A stretch of 64,000 nucleotides of DNA from IMG/VR virus record IMGVR_UViG_3300044620_001996; one strand, given 5' to 3'. Below, piece after piece: positions 29,798-39,621 of the stretch. The stretch comes from an uncultured virus (IMG/VR IMGVR_UViG_3300044620_001996). Its lineage: Duplodnaviria; Heunggongvirae; Uroviricota; Caudoviricetes. Below the pieces are notes generated by a model. That model was not told where the DNA came from. It saw only the letters and a program-made list of their open reading frames with translations, and did not search any database. Position 1 is the first letter of the stretch, and the number at the start of each line of letters is the position of its first letter. The translations under genes and the position numbers were made by a program.

Positions 29798-31200
29798 TGC
29801 CGTCCGTTTCCACCCTGCGCAAGCGCGTCGAACGCCTCCAAACCGAGCTAGCTCGCCGTCAGGCGCGGGCTGCCCTTTACGAGACCTCCACTGCTACCTC
29901 GCTGCCTAGCGTCGATCGCTGGCCGTCGTTCGCACGAGGCACATGGATCCGCACCAGCGGCACCGTCGCCCCCTTTGATCCCTACGAGTACCAGATAGAG
30001 CTCATCCGCTCCATCAACGCCAACCCCAACACCCTCGTCAACAAGTCCCGTCAGACCGGCGTATCCGAGACCGTCTGCAACTACCTGCTCTGCCGCGCCC
30101 TCACCGAGCGCGGCTTCGCTGCAGTGATCTTCAGCAAGACGCAGCAGGACGCCTCCGAGCTTGGCCGCCGCGTGCGCGCTATGGCTAACAGCCTTCGTGG
30201 CGAAACCGTCCGCTACCTCACCGACAGCAACACGCAGCTCGCCTTCGAAGGTCGCGGCACGCTGTACTTCTTGCCCGCCTCACCCCGCGCCGCCCGCGGC
30301 ATCCCGAGCTGCTCCGTCCTCTTCATGGACGAGGCCGCCTTCCTCGAGGGCGCCGCCGAGATCTACCGCGGTGCTATGCCCACGCTCTCCATGGTGGGCG
30401 ACGCGGCCAAGGTCATCGTGGTCTCCACTCCCGACACCGAGCTCGACTGGTTCGGTCAGCTCTGGCATTCCGACGAGGGCGACTGGAACAAGGTCGCCAT
30501 CCACTACTCGCAGCACCCGATCTACGGCGCTGACCCCGATTGGGCCCGACGCACTCGCGAGTCGCGCCGCATGACGCTCGCGGCATGGAACTCCGAGTAC
30601 GAGCTGCAGTTCGGTGCCACCGACACCCAGATCTACCCAAACGAGCTGATCACCCGCGCTTCTCGCGGACATTGGCGCGAGTGTGGTTCGATCAATCGCA
30701 GCTACGTCATCGGCATTGACCCCAACGCCGGGGGCAACGATTACTTCGTAGCAATGGTCTTGGACATCACCACTACGCCTTACGAGATCGTTGGTATGTA
30801 CCGCGAAAACGGCAAAAGCACAGACTATAGCTTGAAACATGTAAAAACCTTGATTGAGGACTACATGCCGCAGCGCGTAATAGTAGAGAAGCAAGCGATG
30901 GGTTCCGTGATCGCCGAAGCGCTACAACATGTGTTACCAAACTACGCCATTGAGACGTTCAACACCAGCCGCGCGTCCAAGACCGTAGCCACCGACAGGC
31001 TTCTGTATCTGCTCGAGCGCGACGAGCTGGTATTCCCTCCCGGCATCATCGCGGACGAACTCCGCGCGTTTCAGCAGCAGGAAAGCGGTGCCCGTCAAGC
31101 CGTAAGTGGCGCCCACGACGACACTGTCATGGCGCTCGCCTTCGCGTGTTCGCTAATCCCCGAAACACCTGCTACTGCTAGCTTCTTCGACAACATCTAG
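29797..31200 (+). CDS. terL: Terminase large subunit
   Basis: PYEYQ, NKSRQTGVS, LFMDEAAF, VSTP, IGIDP, HDDTVMALA. Confidence 0.92.
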   Translation: MPSVSTLRKRVERLQTELARRQARAALYETSTATSLPSVDRWPSFARGTWIRTSGTVAPFDPYEYQIELIRSINANPNTLVNKSRQTGVSETVCNYLLCRALTERGFAAVIFSKTQQDASELGRRVRAMANSLRGETVRYLTDSNTQLAFEGRGTLYFLPASPRAARGIPSCSVLFMDEAAFLEGAAEIYRGAMPTLSMVGDAAKVIVVSTPDTELDWFGQLWHSDEGDWNKVAIHYSQHPIYGADPDWARRTRESRRMTLAAWNSEYELQFGATDTQIYPNELITRASRGHWRECGSINRSYVIGIDPNAGGNDYFVAMVLDITTTPYEIVGMYRENGKSTDYSLKHVKTLIEDYMPQRVIVEKQAMGSVIAEALQHVLPNYAIETFNTSRASKTVATDRLLYLLERDELVFPPGIIADELRAFQQQESGARQAVSGAHDDTVMALAFACSLIPETPATASFFDNI

Positions 31201-31258
31201 CACCACCGCTACGCTCTAATCACCGAGAGCGTCGGCAGAGGAACGCCTCGCAGGTAAC

Positions 31259-31588
31259 TCAGGCGGCTATCCATCCCTGAGTTGCTTCGCCTATCCACAG
31301 GCGGATGGCGTGTTCCCGGTGTGGCGACCACCAGCTTTGCTGTCTGAACCAATGCTGCCAGTCGAGCTCACTGCCTTTGGCTCGATTGCACGGAGCACAA
31401 CAGCAGACCAAGTTCGCCCGGTCTGTCCGTCCTCCCCGGCACCGAGGCCGGACGTGATCCAACGTGTCCCCTGGCTGCCCGCAATAAGCACAAAGGGATC
31501 CCCAACTACTGAGGATCCCTTCGCGGAATTGCTGTTTGGCTTGCCGTTTGGTCAGGAGACTTGATCCATCGATCCGATGGTCAACCAT
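31259..31588 (-). CDS. HNH endonuclease
   Basis: CAYCG...TLDHVRPR..GG...NLVCCCAPCNRAK. Confidence 0.85.
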   Translation of the reverse strand: MVDHRIDGSSLLTKRQAKQQFREGILSSWGSLCAYCGQPGDTLDHVRPRCRGGRTDRANLVCCCAPCNRAKGSELDWQHWFRQQSWWSPHREHAIRLWIGEATQGWIAA

Positions 31589-31650
31589 GCCCTGGGAGGT
31601 GGCTGCACCAGCCTACCCAACCATCCGGCTGTCAACTCCTGCACAGGTAC

Positions 31651-31738
31651 GTTACCAGATACCAATATCGGTCACCAGATGCAGAATCACGTTACCAGAT
31701 ACAGATATCAGTTACCATATTCACTTGCATCTGGTAAC
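31651..31738. repeat. Four 10-bp direct repeats at exact 20-bp period plus one inverted copy
   Basis: GTTACCAGAT 31651, GTCACCAGAT 31671, GTTACCAGAT 31691, GTTACCATAT 31711; ATCTGGTAAC 31729. Confidence 0.85.
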
Positions 31739-31805
31739 CGATATCTATGATCTTTTGCTGCATACCGCTACTCTGAGCACAGCTCTCCCCGAGCCTGTTT
31801 GTGCT

Positions 31806-33632
31806 ATGACCACTGCATCCTCAGACAAATACCGGAATGATGGTGCATTAGTTAATGCGCTAACAGGCCTAGGTGTACCCGCAAAAGATAAAACAACCGC
31901 TACAAGTGTCAGCTTTCAGACTCTGCTGACCGAAGCCGAACTCGAATCCCTATATACCAACGGCATCCCTCGTCGCTACGTCGACTGCATTGCTGACGAG
32001 ATCCTGCGCCACCAACCGAGCATCGCCCTAGGCGGTGACGCCGCTGCAGACAACGCCGACCTTCTCACCCGGTTCAACCAGTTCCTTCAGGCCACCCAGT
32101 TCCACTTCGCCCTCGCCGAAGTCATCAAGCTTCAGCGCCTCTACGGCGGCGCCGGCCTTGTGCTGCTCATCGACGACGGCGGCCAGCCCGATGAGCCTGT
32201 CGAGATGGGCCGCATCCGCGCTGTCCGCGGATACGTCCCGCTTTCGCGGCACGAACTGATCCCCGAGGACTTTTCCATCACGGACTACTCCCGTCCCTCG
32301 CACTACCGGATCACCACGTCGCAGCGCATCACCCCGAATCAGACCAGCGGCTACGTCAACATCCGCGTCCACCACACCCGCGTAGCGCGCTTCGACGGCC
32401 TCTACCTGCCCTGGAATCTCCGCTCTCGCAACACCGGCTGGGGCCAGTCCGTCCTCCAGCTCGTCTGGAACGCCTTCAAGCGCTACGAGACCGCGATGTC
32501 CGGCCTCGAGTCGATGACCTCCGATTCAGACGTCTTCGTTCACAAGATCCCAGGCCTGTTCAACCGCATCGCCGCAGGCAATGAGTCCGATCTCCGCAAG
32601 CGTCTCGAAGCCAACAACCTCAGCCGTAGTGTCTACGGCGGCATGGTCGTTGACGTCGAAGAAGAGATCAGCTTCATCAACCGAGCACTGAGCAACATCG
32701 CCACCGCCACTGACCCCTTCATCAAGGATCTGCAGGCAGCTACCGGATGGCCCGCCTCCATCCTCATGGGTGATAGCCCCGGAGGCCTCGGTAAAGAAGG
32801 CCGATACGAAGAGCGTGTCTGGGCCTCTCTCGTTGAGCAGTGGCAGGAGGTCTACTGCCGTACCCCAATCACCGAGGTCTTCACCTACATCCTCGCCTCG
32901 CGCGAAGGTCCAACCCGCGGCCGCATTCCCGAATCCTGGTCTGTCAGCTTCCCCTCTGTCTTCACCCAGACCGAAAAAGAGAAGGCCGAGCTCCACCAGC
33001 TCAAGGCAACTTCAGACGCGCAGTACATCCAGCTCGGCGTCCTGAACCCGCTGGAAGTGCGCGAGTCCCGCTTTGGCGGCACCGATTACTCGATTGATAC
33101 AAAACTCAACGAAGCAATCACCGAGCAGCTCATCGCCAGCACCGACGCCCAGTTCCAATCGCAGATGGCGGGCTACGACGCCCAACTGCAGGCCGCCACG
33201 CAACCTCCGGCACTCCCCGAGGGCGAGGAGGAGCCTGCCGCTGAAGGTGGCGCTGTCCTGCCCCCTGCCGAAGGTGGCCGCGGCGACTTCCTGTTCGACG
33301 ACGCCGACGGCCTTCGCATCGCTATCACCCACCGCCACGGCGATGTCGTCGCCGGCCCACTCGTCGGCCCCGACGGGCAGCGGATCGACAGCAGCGCTGC
33401 CGCCCCTGTGCTGATCCTTGGCCCACACCGCACCCGAGCGCGCAAGCTTTACCGAGCTCGCTTCGCCCTCGACAGCGCTATCACGGACGGCCCCTACACC
33501 ACAGGCTTCAACTCACTCCGCGCCGCCAAAGTCGCCGTTCAGCACTTCTTCCCCGGTCAGAATGTGGCAGGGCTATCTCCAGTGCCCGACGCCGAGGCTG
33601 ACGCCTTCCGCGCCTACAACGAGGGCTACTGA
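31806..33632 (+). CDS. Portal protein (DUF1073 family) with C-terminal extension
   Basis: RLYGGA, VHHTRV.RFDG, WGQSVLQ, AATGWPASILMGDSPGGL; lies between terL and MuF. Confidence 0.85.
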   Translation: MTTASSDKYRNDGALVNALTGLGVPAKDKTTATSVSFQTLLTEAELESLYTNGIPRRYVDCIADEILRHQPSIALGGDAAADNADLLTRFNQFLQATQFHFALAEVIKLQRLYGGAGLVLLIDDGGQPDEPVEMGRIRAVRGYVPLSRHELIPEDFSITDYSRPSHYRITTSQRITPNQTSGYVNIRVHHTRVARFDGLYLPWNLRSRNTGWGQSVLQLVWNAFKRYETAMSGLESMTSDSDVFVHKIPGLFNRIAAGNESDLRKRLEANNLSRSVYGGMVVDVEEEISFINRALSNIATATDPFIKDLQAATGWPASILMGDSPGGLGKEGRYEERVWASLVEQWQEVYCRTPITEVFTYILASREGPTRGRIPESWSVSFPSVFTQTEKEKAELHQLKATSDAQYIQLGVLNPLEVRESRFGGTDYSIDTKLNEAITEQLIASTDAQFQSQMAGYDAQLQAATQPPALPEGEEEPAAEGGAVLPPAEGGRGDFLFDDADGLRIAITHRHGDVVAGPLVGPDGQRIDSSAAAPVLILGPHRTRARKLYRARFALDSAITDGPYTTGFNSLRAAKVAVQHFFPGQNVAGLSPVPDAEADAFRAYNEGY

Positions 33633-33634
33633 CG

Positions 33635-36436
33635 ATGACGCCGCGCAACACCACTCCCGAAGGCTTCCGCACCGCGGCTTACCTAGCCACCAAGGCACGC
33701 CTCGACGCCGCTCGCAGCCGCACCGGCAAAACCGCCCGCGCCGTTGACTGCAATCCACCCAACGTGAAGTGCGGTGGCCGCTGCATCCCGCCTAGCTGGG
33801 ACTGCCGGCTCAAAGGTCAGGGACCCGATCCGCACCTACGGGCAGTTAAGACTGATCCCCTTGGCGGTCTGGCCAGCATCCAGCGGGGAGCTACCCGCAT
33901 CGCCCGTGGTGTCACCCGAGGCAACATCTCCGAGGTCGAAGGCGGCAAGCGCGCGATCATCCGTGGCGTGGTCAAGGCCACCCCGGGCGACCTTCAGCGC
34001 AAGCAGAAACTGCAGGCAACACTCGAGAATCGCACTCGCCTGATTGGTACAGGACTGGCAGTGGTGACTGTCGGCCTGGGCACTCATGCTCTTTTGATGA
34101 AGTCCAACACCTTCGGCTATCGCCAGGGCGTGGGGGCAAACATCAACAACGCGGTCCGTCTTGGTATGAGCCGCATCCTGGACGCCACTCCGATAATCGG
34201 AGCCAACCGAGCCCGCGTGCGGCGGCAGGTCGGAGCTGTTATCGGTGCACAGCTCGAGCGCCAGGCCAATCCGGTCTCTTCCGTACTGACCAACCAGCTG
34301 GCCCGTACACAACCCTCGCAGGCTGACAAAGATAGTCGTTCGGCTCTGGTCGCAAACCTCGCAGAAGTCAATAAAAAGTTCGAAGCCCCCGAGACTGGAG
34401 AGTCCACAAAACCTGGCGTAGGCCTTTCTACTTTTGATCGTTGGGATCGTGAGCACCAGCGTGCGTTCTATAACACTACTAGGAAAGAATCGGGTGTAGG
34501 GTTAAGTGAAGATCAACGTGGAAACATCTTCGCTCGTCCCGCTACTAATGAGTTCTTAGCTCGTCAGTTCAATCTGAGCGGAGACGATGTATTAACCACT
34601 GCCTCTATTAAAGATGCTGTTAGGACTCAACTAACAGATTACAAAGACTCACTGCTTGATCTTGCTCAGCAACAGGGCTTTAGGGTAAATAATACCCGTA
34701 ATGGGCGTGTTATAGACGTTGCCGATCAGCGCAGGTTTATACAAGGTGTAGTGGGAACAGCGCTTCCAAAAGGCCAGAGCAATATCTCGGTTCGGCGCAA
34801 ACTAACCGAGTTCGTAGAGGACACGCTTAAGCGGACTCCCACAGGCCTCACAGATAAGCTGTATAGCGATACGTATAAAGGGTTCAACGATTTTTATACA
34901 AAACAAGGTGTAACCATTAGCAAAGTTGCTGAAGTTTCTCGCATGACAAAAGAGATGCGCGAGTCCGGCGCCGAGCAGGTGCTCTTGGATGGACGTCTAG
35001 CTCGCGCTCAATATCTGATGCAGTTCACTAACAAAGGTGCCGGTAAACAGATTCAAGGGGGAGCTCACGCTGAACTCGTGCTACGCGACTACTTCGCCAA
35101 CCGCGTCTCCACAGCACCGCGCCGGATGTACGCCATCACAGAGCGCCTGGCAGTTACTGCAGCCTCAGAGCTCGAAGGCCGTCCCGTCTCAGCTCGCGAC
35201 GCGTTCAACGTCCTCGAGCGTGAAGGCTTCACCGGTGCCGTGCCTGCCGTTGCTGCTCGACCCGCTCGCGCTGCTCGCGGTGCCCAGGCACAGGTTGGAG
35301 ATCTCGCTCGCTCCCTACGCGAGTCCGCTCAGCGCCGCGGCGAAACCATGAGCCTCGAGGCCTCCTACCGTGCCGCCCGGGCCGAAATCGCCCGCCGCCA
35401 GCGGGGTGACAGCCTCGAGCACGACCTACCTCCCCGCGTCCGCGCATACCTCGCCACCCGCGCCGACCTCGCAGAACGTGGTGGCACTGGCAAGCCCTGC
35501 GGCGCTTCACACATCCCCAAGGCTCATACCTGCACAAAGGGCAAAAGTGCAGTAGATAAAAACGAAAAAAAGTTATACGAAAAATCAGCCACTAAAGCAG
35601 AGAAAGCGTATATAGAAAAGCGCGGAATGCCCAAAGATACGCTTAGTATCATCGAAGCCGAAATGGCGTTAGAGAAAAAAGCAGCTCCACAGAGCGGCAG
35701 TAAAACGCGCAACCGTGTTGCTATCGCGGCTGCTATCGGTGCGGGTGCTGCTTTGGCTGCCGGTGGAGCGATTGCATACAAAAACAAAGAGGTAGTGGTA
35801 CCCGCGATCAGCAAGCGGGTGATTAAATCGTTGTCGAGCGCGGAAATAGACGCTGGCATAAACCGCATACCTAAACAGTTCCAGAAGTCGGTGCGTGGGC
35901 TGGTTGGAGACGCCAAAGCAAGTGCTGCTTACATGGCTCTGAAGTCCAAAGGAGGTGAAATCACTTCAGTAAACACAAAAGATAACTTCACCAACTGGAA
36001 AATGAAAGACGGTAGCTTGCTCAGCACAGGCTCCGTCGGGGAAACACTTCTTATTTACTCAACAAAACCGCAGGAAAGCATCGGAGGTGCGCGCACTTAC
36101 TCAACTCAGTTCCGAGTAGATGGAGAATTTGACGCAAAGTCAGAAGCAGCGTCCCGCAACGCCCGTGGTGTAGCCTCCACCGTCAAAAAGATGTTCCAGG
36201 AGCAGGTAGACCAACTACCCGACAACTCAATTATCTATGCTATTCCCTACTCTAATGACACCAAAGGTGCAAAACGCCGTTCTGTCTACGAAAAATACGG
36301 GTTCCGCCCAGCACTGTCCTCTGACGAACGGCTATTCGCAATGAAGCGCGGAGGCAAATTCATGCGCATGCAGGATTCGCATGTGGAGCAGATCGCCGAT
36401 CTCATCCGCAACGACAAGGCTGATGCAACTCCTTGA
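33635..36436 (+). CDS. Large modular head-associated protein (two Cys modules, two hydrophobic helices)
   Basis: 933 aa; CGGRCIPPSWDC and CGASHIPKAHTC, each preceded by AYLAT..RxD. Confidence 0.75.
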   Translation: MTPRNTTPEGFRTAAYLATKARLDAARSRTGKTARAVDCNPPNVKCGGRCIPPSWDCRLKGQGPDPHLRAVKTDPLGGLASIQRGATRIARGVTRGNISEVEGGKRAIIRGVVKATPGDLQRKQKLQATLENRTRLIGTGLAVVTVGLGTHALLMKSNTFGYRQGVGANINNAVRLGMSRILDATPIIGANRARVRRQVGAVIGAQLERQANPVSSVLTNQLARTQPSQADKDSRSALVANLAEVNKKFEAPETGESTKPGVGLSTFDRWDREHQRAFYNTTRKESGVGLSEDQRGNIFARPATNEFLARQFNLSGDDVLTTASIKDAVRTQLTDYKDSLLDLAQQQGFRVNNTRNGRVIDVADQRRFIQGVVGTALPKGQSNISVRRKLTEFVEDTLKRTPTGLTDKLYSDTYKGFNDFYTKQGVTISKVAEVSRMTKEMRESGAEQVLLDGRLARAQYLMQFTNKGAGKQIQGGAHAELVLRDYFANRVSTAPRRMYAITERLAVTAASELEGRPVSARDAFNVLEREGFTGAVPAVAARPARAARGAQAQVGDLARSLRESAQRRGETMSLEASYRAARAEIARRQRGDSLEHDLPPRVRAYLATRADLAERGGTGKPCGASHIPKAHTCTKGKSAVDKNEKKLYEKSATKAEKAYIEKRGMPKDTLSIIEAEMALEKKAAPQSGSKTRNRVAIAAAIGAGAALAAGGAIAYKNKEVVVPAISKRVIKSLSSAEIDAGINRIPKQFQKSVRGLVGDAKASAAYMALKSKGGEITSVNTKDNFTNWKMKDGSLLSTGSVGETLLIYSTKPQESIGGARTYSTQFRVDGEFDAKSEAASRNARGVASTVKKMFQEQVDQLPDNSIIYAIPYSNDTKGAKRRSVYEKYGFRPALSSDERLFAMKRGGKFMRMQDSHVEQIADLIRNDKADATP

Positions 36437-37286
36437 GCGCTACAACGCCGCCCTGCGTCGCTCCGAGGACGTCACCATCGCCCAGCTCAACCGCATCCTC
36501 GACAGCAGCTTCAACCGCCTACTGCGGCGCACCCGCATCCAGCTCCGCAGCGGAGCCCCCGCAGCTGACCGCAACGTCGCCCTACTGCAGGAGTTCCGCC
36601 AGCTCGTTCCCGCTTTCCGCCCCGACCGAACCGACGCCTATGACCGCGTGCTGCGCTCCCTACTCCGCAGCTCCGAAGGCCGGGGCGTCACCGTCGCCCG
36701 AGAGCTTCTCCGCGACTCCGGCTCCCAGCGCCGCCTGATTAACGTCTCCATTCCGATCGAGGCCACCGTGGCTGCCGCAGCCCAAGCCCGCGGCTACCTC
36801 CGCCGCCATGGCGAAGCCTTTGCAGCCACAGCCACCGATCTCGTCGCCCAAGGCATCGCTGAAGGCCGCCCTACCGACGCCATCACCAACGACCTACGTC
36901 TGCGCCTCGGCGTGGTGAAGTCTCGCGCTGACGTCATCGCCCGCACCGAGTCGCTACGCGCATACAACGCTGCCAGCAACCAGTACTACGCAGCCAACGG
37001 CATCGACCTCGTCATGTGGTACGCCACCAGCGATGACCGCACTTGCCCCATCTGCAACGCCCGGGCCGGCCGCATCTACCGTCGGGCTAGTACAAACGCA
37101 CCTGCACACCCCCGCTGCCGTTGCTACCTAGCCCCCTGGGATCCCGAGATCGCCGCGATCGACCCCGAGTACGCCGCGCTTCCCCGCACTCACCGCGAAG
37201 AAGTATCCCGCGTAGCCACCATCGGCCCGGCCGACCTCAACAAAGCTGCAGTCTTCGAGCAGTTCGCGCCTCAGCCCTTCGACTGA
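36423..37286 (+). CDS. MuF / SPP1 gp7-like minor head protein
   Basis: RADVIARTE..RAYN, W.ATSDDRTCPIC, PAHPRCRC. Confidence 0.9.
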   Translation: MQLLERYNAALRRSEDVTIAQLNRILDSSFNRLLRRTRIQLRSGAPAADRNVALLQEFRQLVPAFRPDRTDAYDRVLRSLLRSSEGRGVTVARELLRDSGSQRRLINVSIPIEATVAAAAQARGYLRRHGEAFAATATDLVAQGIAEGRPTDAITNDLRLRLGVVKSRADVIARTESLRAYNAASNQYYAANGIDLVMWYATSDDRTCPICNARAGRIYRRASTNAPAHPRCRCYLAPWDPEIAAIDPEYAALPRTHREEVSRVATIGPADLNKAAVFEQFAPQPFD

Positions 37287-37526
37287 TCAGCCAAGAAAGC
37301 GCCTTTTTGCCTTATCCAGCGCAACTGCTGTACCAGCACTTGCTACACCTGAAGGAAAGAACAGAGCAGCCGTAGTCATCCAACGATCAAGACAGGCATT
37401 AGCGCTACCCCTGTTGAGTACATTTGGGATCTCACAAGATCCGACAAAGAAAGCAGCAAAAACAAGCTGACCAATCAGCAACCCCGAGGCCGCACCACTC
37501 CCAGCAACTAAGCGAAGCAAGTTCAT
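37287..37526 (-). CDS. Small membrane protein, antisense within the head module
   Basis: Two hydrophobic segments; lower GC. Confidence 0.5.
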   Translation of the reverse strand: MNLLRLVAGSGAASGLLIGQLVFAAFFVGSCEIPNVLNRGSANACLDRWMTTAALFFPSGVASAGTAVALDKAKRRFLG

Positions 37527-37614
37527 AACCAAAACAGATAGCTGCTTTCAGCCTATCGAGCCCTATAGCACAAGGCAGCTACGCTGTGTGAAGCAATACT
37601 CGGGGCTCTACGCC

Positions 37615-38793
37615 ATGCCCGCCAAGTCCGCCGCCTACGAGAAAGGCATCCGCGAAGGCCGCGCCATGGCCGCACGCTCCCGTAACCCCGAAGCCTCCGA
37701 GCCCGAAGAAGAGGAGGAAGAGGAAGAGATGGACATGGCCGCCAGCCACAGCCGTAAGCGCAGCGCTAAGGGCGCCAAACACACCAAGCCCGCTGCCGAC
37801 GGCTACGGCAAAAAGCCCATGGATGCCGAGTGCGGCTGTAAGGGCAAGAAGGGCGCCAAGTGCGATGGCAACTGCGGCTCCATGCGCAAGCGCAGCGACT
37901 CATTGACCCCTCTCGAGTACCTAGACGCCTGCGAGCTCGGCATCCAAGACCGCAGCCCCACCTACATCCGAGCCCGCCTCGACACCGCGGAGCGCCTCGA
38001 CCTGAAGTGTGGCAAGGGTGCCATCTCCAAAGGCGAAAAATGTACTAAGGGTACTGCTCAAGAAGTTATTAAAAAAGCCGCGCCTATCGCTCTCGGCTTG
38101 GGGCTGGCTGCAGGTGCTATCGCGCTGCGTCGCCGGGGTAGAAAACCTCGTGTTGGAGATGGTCGGACTGTGCCGAACATCCCTAAGACTCCTCCTAGGC
38201 CTGGAAGGGTTTCCAGCCCGGCGAGCAGAGCTCAAGCCGAGGCAATGGCGACCCGTGTAACCGAGCGCGTTAAACAGCGTGTGCGTGAAAACCCTCAAAA
38301 AATAGGCTACGAAATGCAAGCGGAAGAAATTAAAAATGCAGCGATGAGAGATGTGGTGCAAAGCAAAAAGTTCCAAGATGCGTTTAAGCGCAGAACCCTC
38401 ACTAAAGAAGAGCTAGCTGAACTAGCTCGCGATCCTGATGCTTTATCTAAATGGCTGAAGCGTACAGACTCCGCACTAACCTCGAGCACAATCCGCTCGG
38501 ACCTCAAATGTGGCCGCGGATCTATCTCCGAGGGCGAAAAGTGCACCAAGGGGCCCGCTCAGCGGGTGCAACATAAGCGCAGCGGTCGTGCGAACAAAGG
38601 CCCCAGAGCCCGATCCAACAAATCAGGGCCTATGCACTCCGCCGTTTCAGGTTTTCAGGCGAACGCGCGCAGCGCTAATAGGGCCGCCCTCGGGGCAATG
38701 TTCGCGTCATCGGGAGGCCCCGTTGGAGCACGCGCAGCCCGCAATCTGTGGGCAGATGGCTTCTCCGCTGACTCCGGCTCCTTCGACATCTGA
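37615..38793 (+). CDS. Modular protein with two LKCGxGxISxGEKCTKG modules and WADGF tag
   Basis: Modules at 38008 and 38509; TM-like APIALGLGLAAGAIAL. Start could be 37588. Confidence 0.75.
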   Translation: MPAKSAAYEKGIREGRAMAARSRNPEASEPEEEEEEEEMDMAASHSRKRSAKGAKHTKPAADGYGKKPMDAECGCKGKKGAKCDGNCGSMRKRSDSLTPLEYLDACELGIQDRSPTYIRARLDTAERLDLKCGKGAISKGEKCTKGTAQEVIKKAAPIALGLGLAAGAIALRRRGRKPRVGDGRTVPNIPKTPPRPGRVSSPASRAQAEAMATRVTERVKQRVRENPQKIGYEMQAEEIKNAAMRDVVQSKKFQDAFKRRTLTKEELAELARDPDALSKWLKRTDSALTSSTIRSDLKCGRGSISEGEKCTKGPAQRVQHKRSGRANKGPRARSNKSGPMHSAVSGFQANARSANRAALGAMFASSGGPVGARAARNLWADGFSADSGSFDI

Positions 38794-38796
38794 ATC

Positions 38797-39618
38797 ATGA
38801 CGCTCACCCCATCCACCATCCGCTCTGACCTCAAGTGCGGCAAAGGCAGCATCTCCGAGGGCGAAAAGTGCACCAAGGGCCCCGCTACGCCTGCTAAAAC
38901 CAACAACAACAACACCATCCGCAACGTTGCTCTCGGAGTGGGAGGCGCTGCTGTTCTAGGTGGCGTTGCATTTGGTGCTGCAAAAGCTCGCGCGAGCCAA
39001 CGCATCCTTTCGACACCTCTGGGAGCGAAGGCCACTCCTGATGAAAGTATTGCTCAAGGTAAAGCGGCCTTCAAGAAGGCTCGCGGTATGGCTCTCGGAG
39101 CCGAGATTGCAGGTGTTGGCTTAGGCATTGCCGGAGCCGGGCTACTCGCCAACGAGTACGCCAAAAAACCCAATAAGCGCCAGGCCGGAAGCCTTGCTGC
39201 TGGCAGCGCACTCATGTATTTAGGTGGTGGCAGCATCACGGCAGGTCGTTCTTTGCGTACCAACTTGGCTGCCGCCGAGCGTGAATGGGCTATGGGCGCC
39301 GAGGACTACAAGCGCCAGTGGAACTCTGCGCGTGATAGAGCCAAGCAAAACGCATCCTCAGGAAGTCGCAACGTCGGAACTAACAAAGCAGTAAAAGATC
39401 CTTTCAAAGATCTCGGCATTTCTGAAAATGCATCCGAAGCAGAGATCAAAAAGAAGTGGCTACAGCTGATGCGAGAAAACCACCCTGACGTTGGTGGTGA
39501 CGTTCGCAAAGCCCAGAAGATCAACGCCGCCTACCAAGAGATCCTGCGGCGCCGCGGCAAGCTCGATTCGATTTACGCCGACGGTTTCGACATCGACTGG
39601 GACACCATCGCGTTGTAA
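38797..39618 (+). CDS. Modular protein: Cys module, hydrophobic helices, DnaJ (J) domain
   Basis: DPFKDLGI..ASEAEIKKKW..LMRENHPDVGG..KINAAYQEI; C-terminal KLDSIYADGF. Confidence 0.85.
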   Translation: MTLTPSTIRSDLKCGKGSISEGEKCTKGPATPAKTNNNNTIRNVALGVGGAAVLGGVAFGAAKARASQRILSTPLGAKATPDESIAQGKAAFKKARGMALGAEIAGVGLGIAGAGLLANEYAKKPNKRQAGSLAAGSALMYLGGGSITAGRSLRTNLAAAEREWAMGAEDYKRQWNSARDRAKQNASSGSRNVGTNKAVKDPFKDLGISENASEAEIKKKWLQLMRENHPDVGGDVRKAQKINAAYQEILRRRGKLDSIYADGFDIDWDTIAL

Positions 39619-39621
39619 GCC

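Noticed and set aside
11297..31806. Track starts at 11297, 26431, 28436 and 31536
   Set aside because: The extensions overlap other genes or regulatory DNA; better starts are 11717, 26815, 28631 and 31806.
31806..33632. Anti-CBASS Acb1 call for the DUF1073 protein
   Set aside because: No pair of HxT/S 2H-phosphoesterase motifs is evident in the extension; position and motifs indicate a portal.
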